This document shows positions 7,011 to 13,630 of a stretch of DNA of 13,630 nt, one piece after another. Location: NCBI GenBank assembly GCA_964518475.1, contig CAZFGR010000036.1, forward strand, positions 1 through 13,630. Reading direction: 5' to 3'. Numbering within the stretch: position 1 is the first letter of the stretch; each line of letters opens with the position of its first letter. A model generated the notes under the pieces. That model worked only from the letters and a program-made list of their open reading frames with translations, did no database searches and was not told where the DNA came from. Origin of the DNA: an uncultured Nitrososphaerota archaeon. GTDB lineage: Archaea > Asgardarchaeota > Njordarchaeia > Njordarchaeales > Njordarchaeaceae. A program made the position numbers and the translations under genes.

Positions 7011-7081
7011 ATCCGTTCACCTATTTTTAATAAGTCGATCCATTTAACTAATCATATAAACTGATAAAAAGCTAATGAGTC

Positions 7082-8824
7082 CTAAGATCGGCCAGACGTG
7101 CAAAAGTAAAGTAGTGCATCAGGATTTTGGTATATCAAGCTATGTTTTCTCATTAAATCCTTGACTATACTTATAATGTATTTCTTATCTTCGTACACAT
7201 AATATTGTGTTTGTATTACATCTTGCCTTAAAACACTCACTATCATCGGTTGCTTCACTCTATCAAGCGTTGCATTTACTATTTTCTTTTCTACAACATT
7301 CCTTATAGACTCGATTCTAAGCTTTGGATACAGCTCCAAACTACTTTGAGGATCATTAATGACTATAAAGTACTTTGAGTAATAGGCACCATACGGAACT
7401 GATTGAAAGTTTCTTCCTGACATATAGAAGACCGTACCAATCAATACAAGTAGGACTAAAATTGTACTAATAGCTATCATGCTAGAATTATTTCTCTTGT
7501 AGGTCAACAATTGAAAAATGACATTCTTAACCACGGAGTACGTTATTATGGGTAAAATGAGTCGTGGTAGTCTTTCTATGAAACCTGCTCCCCCAAGATA
7601 CACGGCTATACCTCCGAATCCGAGAGTCATAAAAAGATGTATAGTGAACAGTAACATGTCTTTTCTTTTTTTCTTTCTTCTCTTAAATGCGCTATATGAT
7701 AGGAGAGTTAATGGTAAGAGTATTAGGGTTCCCAAATAGATGCTCTTTAGGAATACAACAAAACTCCAAGTCGTATCAGCCCTACTAATTCCTTTGGGAA
7801 CTACTTCTGTACCTTCCTTAAAGACTCTCTCAATAACATATTGAAGACGGTTGATAAAGTCATGGAATGTAGGAATAGCCATATACATCAAGCGAGCAAT
7901 CCATGAAGCAAACACTATGACTAATAGTACAGTCGATATAGTGACAAAACGTCCCCTTTTTTCCGCGGTATTACTGTTAAGGAAAGCAAATAAAGTTATT
8001 GCTGCTAGAGTCAGTATCGATGCTATAGCTACACCTTGATGCACAAACACTATACTAATTCCGACAAGGAGAGATAACATCAAATATTTAATATTATTAC
8101 TGTTTATTAATTGAAGTATTATTAGAATTATGAGCCAATAGAGAGCATTACCCCATGTTTGAGCCGCATAATGAAATCGTGTAAACTCTATCCCAAAGTG
8201 AAGAAACATAGCAATAGATGCTAATAGATTGTTCTTGAGCAAATGTTTGTAAAGAGTGTAAAGGATTGGTATGTATAATATAATGGCTATTATGTGGAAC
8301 CACTTCACTAAAAATATGCTTATATAATCAACATAGGATTTCGGTATAGCACCGATTACATTGAGTAATATTGCTGTAACCCAAAAGAACGCAGGTTGGA
8401 GATCGAAATAACGATCTACTCTCGGATTCGAATGACCAGAAAATGTAACATAGAGTCCCCTAACTAAATGTCCCGGAGCATCATAGAAGTGAGTTACATA
8501 ATACCTATCCATAATATCGGCAACAATAAACTTAATGAATATTAGTAATATTGAAGGAGCTAGGTACAGGAACAAATTTTTAATACGGAATTCAATTATC
8601 AATAGCATGATTATAACTGGTATCATTATTTCAGATAGGATTATGTGAGGATATTGTGATAACGAGCCAAAGGCATCACTATCACTATAATACGTTATCT
8701 CGACGTATTCATATGGAGTTAACAGTATAAAGATCATTAAAAGTTTTATGGTAGCTATCACAAACACATTTCTTGCTAAATAAGTTCTGAAAGAATTCCT
8801 AGTGAAACGGAGCATTGTATCCAT
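7082..8824 (-). CDS. Polytopic membrane protein, probable GT-C/Wzy-like glycan polymerase or transferase
   Basis: 580 aa with many hydrophobic segments. An extracytoplasmic-type loop YDAPGH...RYFDLQPAFF resembles GT-C fold proteins. It sits between glycosyltransferase genes. The specific function is inferred. Confidence 0.6.
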   Translation of the reverse strand: MDTMLRFTRNSFRTYLARNVFVIATIKLLMIFILLTPYEYVEITYYSDSDAFGSLSQYPHIILSEIMIPVIIMLLIIEFRIKNLFLYLAPSILLIFIKFIVADIMDRYYVTHFYDAPGHLVRGLYVTFSGHSNPRVDRYFDLQPAFFWVTAILLNVIGAIPKSYVDYISIFLVKWFHIIAIILYIPILYTLYKHLLKNNLLASIAMFLHFGIEFTRFHYAAQTWGNALYWLIILIILQLINSNNIKYLMLSLLVGISIVFVHQGVAIASILTLAAITLFAFLNSNTAEKRGRFVTISTVLLVIVFASWIARLMYMAIPTFHDFINRLQYVIERVFKEGTEVVPKGISRADTTWSFVVFLKSIYLGTLILLPLTLLSYSAFKRRKKKRKDMLLFTIHLFMTLGFGGIAVYLGGAGFIERLPRLILPIITYSVVKNVIFQLLTYKRNNSSMIAISTILVLLVLIGTVFYMSGRNFQSVPYGAYYSKYFIVINDPQSSLELYPKLRIESIRNVVEKKIVNATLDRVKQPMIVSVLRQDVIQTQYYVYEDKKYIISIVKDLMRKHSLIYQNPDALLYFCTSGRS

Positions 8825-8834
8825 ACACGAACCT

Positions 8835-10040
8835 CTACAAAATGTGTAGTAGTGATCGACTAAAGTATTCGGCCACTCTTAAATATTTCAAACCAACGAC
8901 TTTCCATGAAGGTATACGATCAATGTCAACTTTAGGTGTATTATCTAAAGCCCTTACGATTTTTATACAGAGTTCTCTGTGAAAATCATAGCTCATAATG
9001 TTTACTAAGTAATCTTTAAGTCTAACCAACTCTAAATATTCAGGGTTTCCTCCTACGTTTGTTGCAACCACTGGCGTTCCGCAGGCTAGAGACTCTGGTA
9101 TAACTAGTGGCGAGCCCTCAGAGTATGACGAAACTACCGTTAGATCTGCTGCATTGTATAGTATGGGCATTTTTACATGCTCAATGTTTCCCAATAACTT
9201 TATATTATCTTCGAGTTTTAACCCCTTAATCATGCTTACAATATATTCTCTGTATGTCTTAGGGCTTAATTCACCTGCTATCAGTAGAATAAAATCATCG
9301 CCATAGAGCTTTCGTAGCATTGCTACAGATTTTATCAGGATATGAGTTCCTTTTATAGAAGCAGGATTTACATGTAATAAGACCTTGTTTTTTAGCTTAA
9401 CACCGAACATTTCCTCTACTAATGTCTTAGCATACTCTTTGTTTATAGGTTTGAATTCTTCCTTATCAACCCCATTGATTATTGAAATTACTTTGTTCTT
9501 TTCAATTCCTAACTGTATCAACTCTCTCCTCGTATTTCTCGATACGGCCGCAACAACCGTATTTCCTTTAGAAGAGGCTAGCTTAAGTTGAAAAGTTTCA
9601 TTAACTTGTGAGAAGGTTATACCCGTAGTATACCTGATTTTTTCGATGCTTTTTAGCGGATGAAAACGCATATATTTGATCTCGTTTAAATAGGTGCCGT
9701 GTACCACGACAATGATTGGTAACGGCGGTAAAAAATATGAGTATAGTGAAAGCCATCCGGGTTGAATTACTATTACATCTGGTTTCTCACGATTAAAGAT
9801 TCTTTTCACTAACATTTGTTTCGACATAATGTAGTTGAAGGAGTTAGTGGGGCTTACATGTCCACCGATAAGATATATCTGTGATACATATTGTTTCATC
9901 TGCTTCAAGATTTTTGGGGCAATGATGGGAGAGATAACAATATTCTCTACTTCGAATTCATAAAATGATTTTATTAAGTTTACAATAACATTGGTAACAC
10001 CTCCACCGTGGAGATCTTGCACAATATGTAAGAGTTTCAT
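8835..10040 (-). CDS. GT4 (GT-B) glycosyltransferase
   Basis: N-terminal DLHGGGV, VVHG, INGVD, KG, and the EX7E motif SYSEGSPLVIPESLACGTPVV. Confidence 0.93.
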   Translation of the reverse strand: MKLLHIVQDLHGGGVTNVIVNLIKSFYEFEVENIVISPIIAPKILKQMKQYVSQIYLIGGHVSPTNSFNYIMSKQMLVKRIFNREKPDVIVIQPGWLSLYSYFLPPLPIIVVVHGTYLNEIKYMRFHPLKSIEKIRYTTGITFSQVNETFQLKLASSKGNTVVAAVSRNTRRELIQLGIEKNKVISIINGVDKEEFKPINKEYAKTLVEEMFGVKLKNKVLLHVNPASIKGTHILIKSVAMLRKLYGDDFILLIAGELSPKTYREYIVSMIKGLKLEDNIKLLGNIEHVKMPILYNAADLTVVSSYSEGSPLVIPESLACGTPVVATNVGGNPEYLELVRLKDYLVNIMSYDFHRELCIKIVRALDNTPKVDIDRIPSWKVVGLKYLRVAEYFSRSLLHIL

Positions 10041-10876
10041 TATGGATTCAAATTTAATTGATCCTCTAATAATTTTCTATACAACGCCTTCATTATTATA
10101 TATTCGCGATGCAATTCAGAAAGCTTTCTAGTTCTTGAGAGACTTTCGTCTCGTTCTATATGTAATATTGGATTGTTTGGAACATAAATCGAGTCAAGAC
10201 CTTTGATTATTAGTTGTAACCCAAAGTGCTGTTCAAAACCGATGGCCCTTTTCAACGACTTGTATTCAGGGAACTTAGCATTATATATATAGCTTGCCTT
10301 AAAGCTCATGTTAACACCTTTGAATGGTAGTGAGTAACATGTTTTGCTTGGAATGTATGGTCCATGAGCGATATCAAGTTTTTTTGTTAGGTATATTCCT
10401 AGTCTATATTTTTTCAGTAGCGGGTGAGGTTGTTCAAGCCAAGGTCTAATAAACCACCTATAGAGCTTTACCATCGCCTCATCGTCAGTTGTAGGCTTGA
10501 CTTTCAAGGTTTTCAAGTCTAAGTATAAGTCCCTACTACATATACCTACTATTTCCCTATATCTTATGTGTAATTCGATATATCTTTTAATCCATTTAGG
10601 CAGGGGTATCGCATCGTCGTCGACGAAGACGATTATATCACCTTTTGCCTCTTTTTTCCCTATATTGAGTGCATGAGTAACGTATCCTAGTGACTGCTCG
10701 ATGGTAATGCAAGGTAAGCTATATTCTCTGCAAAGATCTTCAACAGCTTTAACATCACACTTTTTAAGAACTAGTATTACCTCATCTGGTTTTACATATT
10801 GTTCACGAAGCCCCCACAAAAGGTACGTAAGATATTTACATCCTTTGCTTGGTACTACGATAGATGCTTTCACCAT
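10040..10876 (-). CDS. GT2 (GT-A) glycosyltransferase
   Basis: ASIVVPS, ALNIG...AKGDIIVFVDDDAIP (DxD) and GVNMSF. Its TAA overlaps the ATG of the next gene (TAATG at 10042-10038). Confidence 0.92.
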   Translation of the reverse strand: MVKASIVVPSKGCKYLTYLLWGLREQYVKPDEVILVLKKCDVKAVEDLCREYSLPCITIEQSLGYVTHALNIGKKEAKGDIIVFVDDDAIPLPKWIKRYIELHIRYREIVGICSRDLYLDLKTLKVKPTTDDEAMVKLYRWFIRPWLEQPHPLLKKYRLGIYLTKKLDIAHGPYIPSKTCYSLPFKGVNMSFKASYIYNAKFPEYKSLKRAIGFEQHFGLQLIIKGLDSIYVPNNPILHIERDESLSRTRKLSELHREYIIMKALYRKLLEDQLNLNP

Positions 10877-11246
10877 CTGTAAGATCTAGGTATTGTTCTT
10901 ATTTGTATGCTGGTCTTGCTTGTCAAGGTATCAAGCCACGGATTATCCTCCTTGTTATCTTAATATGAATTAGCTTGGGCTAAATACTATTTCAACCAAT
11001 AGATAGGTCAAGATTTTCAGATTGTTAGACCTGAATATGTTTTTGAATCACTCCGATAAGGACATTATGGTTTCGAATCCTTTTGTATTCCTTAGCTTAG
11101 TATCAATAGATGTTAGGTTTGTCTACTATCGAATAGTAGGCTCTGATTGCATTAAATATTGCTTCTATAACTAACTTCATTACTTTACTTGCGATGATTC
11201 CTTTATATAATATCAGTAGACGAACTACTTGCTCGTGGTGGCGGCA

Positions 11247-12290
11247 TTAAGGTTTCCAGTTCTTGAGATCATAATTTGGTTCTATGCTCTTGTCATAGAA
11301 CGTTAGGTTAAAAGTGTGTGTCACTCTAAGGATTGATTCTATTTGCCGTCTTGATAAACGCTTCCTCCATTTATAGACATTGTCTAGTGCCTTGTTTGTG
11401 ACATCTCTCGCTGTCGCAGAACGATGTGCTATCAACTTTGTTATCTCAGAATCTTCTATTCCATCTAGACCTAAAAACCGTACCAAGCTTTTTATTGTTG
11501 AAGCAGGGTGTAGTACAAGGTCTTCATACACGATTACGTTATATGGGTTTCGAGTATTATGGTACAATGGAACGAAATAGTCCATAGACCATATTGCGGC
11601 TAGTAACTCCTCACTTTTATTAATGTTCATCAATTTATGGCGTATATTATCAGCTAAATCCCTTAACTCTTCTACATCATTCAATTGTTTTAAAATAGCT
11701 TTCTTGACAATGTGTTTACTGCGACGACACAGTGGGTTGCCTATACATGTTCTGATTTGTGACTCTATTATTGCACATGGATGTCTTATGAGTAAAAACG
11801 TTTTCCTAATTTCGTGATAGAATCTATTGGTAATCCACGGAAGTAGCCTTGGGATCCAAACATCCTTTACTATGACTTTGTCAGCTTTGATCCATCTCAA
11901 GTTTTTCGCTAGTCTTGTTGGAGGTGAATACCAGTACCCTGCAACTCTTCCTCTAAGAACCCTGTCAAGGTATGTTCTGAGGTTACTATCTTCGTAATCT
12001 ATAGGAAGGTAAGGTCTATAAACGATGCGATACGCAGGATCATCTAAAAATCTTGATATAAACCTCCTACTCATTGGATAGAAGCCAGTATGGAACGGTT
12101 CGAAGACAACACGATAATTACCTAGTGCTTCGATTATCTCCATAACCCATGTTGTACCGCTTCTTGGCGCTCCTACGAGTAGTATAGACGATTGAACATC
12201 TATTTTTGGATGTATAAAGATCCATATCCTTTCAATTACGTTAGTCGCCAAACCTGCGATTTTCCTTACGGTAGGGATCGTACTATTCAT
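11247..12290 (-). CDS. PAPS-dependent sulfotransferase, copy B
   Basis: LVGAPRSGTTW, FEP, LIRHPCAIIES, IVYEDLV and KWRKRLS. Confidence 0.9.
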   Translation of the reverse strand: MNSTIPTVRKIAGLATNVIERIWIFIHPKIDVQSSILLVGAPRSGTTWVMEIIEALGNYRVVFEPFHTGFYPMSRRFISRFLDDPAYRIVYRPYLPIDYEDSNLRTYLDRVLRGRVAGYWYSPPTRLAKNLRWIKADKVIVKDVWIPRLLPWITNRFYHEIRKTFLLIRHPCAIIESQIRTCIGNPLCRRSKHIVKKAILKQLNDVEELRDLADNIRHKLMNINKSEELLAAIWSMDYFVPLYHNTRNPYNVIVYEDLVLHPASTIKSLVRFLGLDGIEDSEITKLIAHRSATARDVTNKALDNVYKWRKRLSRRQIESILRVTHTFNLTFYDKSIEPNYDLKNWKP

Positions 12291-12328
12291 TAATCTGGTC
12301 TACCCTCTCATTATGAGAGTTCAAGCGT

Positions 12329-13348
12329 TTAACTATACAGTTTCTTCAGGTACAATTGTACAATGTCTTTCCAAGTCTTTATAGGTGCTTTTTCTGTTAT
12401 AACTAGATCTTCTTTAAACGGTTTTGTTTTTCCTTCTAGGTTCTCTGCTATCTCTTTCGATATTATCGCTGGTGTTCCAATTGCTAGCGCTTCTGCTATG
12501 AATATGTTGAAAGCTTCGTATTTGCTAGGGTTCACTGCATACTTGGCTTTCGATAATAGCTTTAGATACTTCTCTCTTGGCTGTGGTTCTAGGAACTCTA
12601 CGCCTCCTCTATACACCTTCTTTGCGTATTTCACGAGCTTTTCTTTATAGAACCCCCTTCCGACTATAAGCAATTTTAGCCCCATCTCCTTGGCTATGTC
12701 TATCACTATCTCTAACCTCTTGTACTTCTCTATCCTACCAGCGTAGATCATGTAGTCGCTACTCTGACCCTGCCACTTGTAATCCAGAACGTCTTCTTCA
12801 ACACCGTTCGGGATAATAACTATCTTCTTACTTACATGGAGGTAGTGAGCATTTATCAGAGAGGCTTCTCTCTTGCTAACAGCATGTACAGTATCTGCAA
12901 GACTAAGTAGTACGGACACTCTGTGTCTCCAGTAAATCCATAGAAACTTTCTGGGAGCCGTATGTCCACTACCGTGGTAGTGTGGTGTTATGACCAGCTT
13001 AGCGTTACATGTACTGTCACTTATCTTCATACCTGAGAAAACTGTGAAGACAGCATGAACGCTGTGGATATGGATAACATCTACTTCTTTTGCAAGCTCT
13101 TTCAACGTCTTTTCTAGCTCTGCTCTACGTCTCGGTACGTGATACGCTCCTTTTGGACTCCAAGTAGGCCATCTAACAACCCTAACCTCATTGACATGCT
13201 CCTCCACTGGCCTGTCTATGCTGGATTCACCTGCAAGCACAGTAACTTCGTGTCCTAACATAGCCATCCTTTCGGCAACAGATTTGACAACGTACTCGAC
13301 ACCGCCTACGTGGGGATAATAGCTCGGGCTTATGAAAACGATCTTCAT
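12329..13348 (-). CDS. GT4 (GT-B) glycosyltransferase
   Basis: YYPHVGGVE, GHEVTV, HIH, IPNGV, GRIEKYK and EX7E SKYEAFNIFIAEALAIGTP. Confidence 0.94.
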   Translation of the reverse strand: MKIVFISPSYYPHVGGVEYVVKSVAERMAMLGHEVTVLAGESSIDRPVEEHVNEVRVVRWPTWSPKGAYHVPRRRAELEKTLKELAKEVDVIHIHSVHAVFTVFSGMKISDSTCNAKLVITPHYHGSGHTAPRKFLWIYWRHRVSVLLSLADTVHAVSKREASLINAHYLHVSKKIVIIPNGVEEDVLDYKWQGQSSDYMIYAGRIEKYKRLEIVIDIAKEMGLKLLIVGRGFYKEKLVKYAKKVYRGGVEFLEPQPREKYLKLLSKAKYAVNPSKYEAFNIFIAEALAIGTPAIISKEIAENLEGKTKPFKEDLVITEKAPIKTWKDIVQLYLKKLYS

Positions 13349-13361
13349 AAGGAGCCTCAGA

Positions 13362-13630
13362 TCACTTGATTTGTTTACTCCAAGCGATTTCTTTTGTCCA
13401 TAGATTTCTTATGCTCGCTATTATGAGGTGTATTTGCTGGGCTATCCACGTTCTATATGGCTTCACAACTAGCAATAACGTGCCCATAGCTAGCAAGGCT
13501 AGAGCTGTCGGAGAATGAAACATAGCTATGCTTATCGCCAACAGAATAGCTAACGCAAACAAAAGCCACGGATTGAATAGATGGAGAAACGTTTCGACCG
13601 CGAGGATCTTCTTGGAATCCCTTGGCGCGT
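13362..13630 (-). CDS. C-terminal membrane part of a gene running off the window edge, probably a membrane-anchored GT2
   Basis: The frame is open to the window edge: APRDSKKILAVETFLHLFNPWLLFALAILLAIS...WSKQIK. It has hydrophobic helices and an LHxxNP...W.K tail like archaeal membrane GT2s. The catalytic domain is not visible. Confidence 0.6.
   Translation of the reverse strand, partial: APRDSKKILAVETFLHLFNPWLLFALAILLAISIAMFHSPTALALLAMGTLLLVVKPYRTWIAQQIHLIIASIRNLWTKEIAWSKQIK

Noticed and set aside
275-12650. Remaining short track ORFs (275..484, 2493..2747, 2650..2877, 3579..3779, 6019..6213, 7518..7739, 7851..8039, 9385..9591, 10701..10889, 11380..11580, 11623..11817, 12363..12650)
   Set aside because: Most are antisense or overlapping shadows of well-supported genes, and none has a recognisable motif.

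Overview
Low-GC archaeal DNA, probably Thermoproteota (inferred from TATA boxes, GGTG/GAGG ribosome-binding sites and AGA/AGG/ATA-rich codons). The right two-thirds (4810-13630, all minus strand) is a surface-glycan gene cluster. It contains a partial membrane GT2, two GT4s, a soluble GT2, a 580-aa polytopic membrane protein, two paralogous PAPS-type sulfotransferases and an FkbM methyltransferase. The left third is a decaying accessory region with galE-like and DUF362 gene remnants and a wHTH + nucleotidyltransferase operon (type IV TA-like) that has a palindromic operator. A ~1.5-kb element without a transposase (934-~2453) is inserted cleanly into the nucleotidyltransferase gene; deleting it in silico restores the reading frame. 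The element carries a TnpB with an intact RuvC triad but no zinc-finger cysteines, a structured omega-RNA-like 3' end and 9-nt end repeats of IS607 type. In place of tnpA it has a divergent 48-aa AbrB/DUF2080-like gene, missed by the ORF track, that appears to share one bidirectional TATA box with tnpB. This TnpB + small-protein module is the best candidate for an undescribed system. All family assignments are from motif recognition by eye, not database searches.
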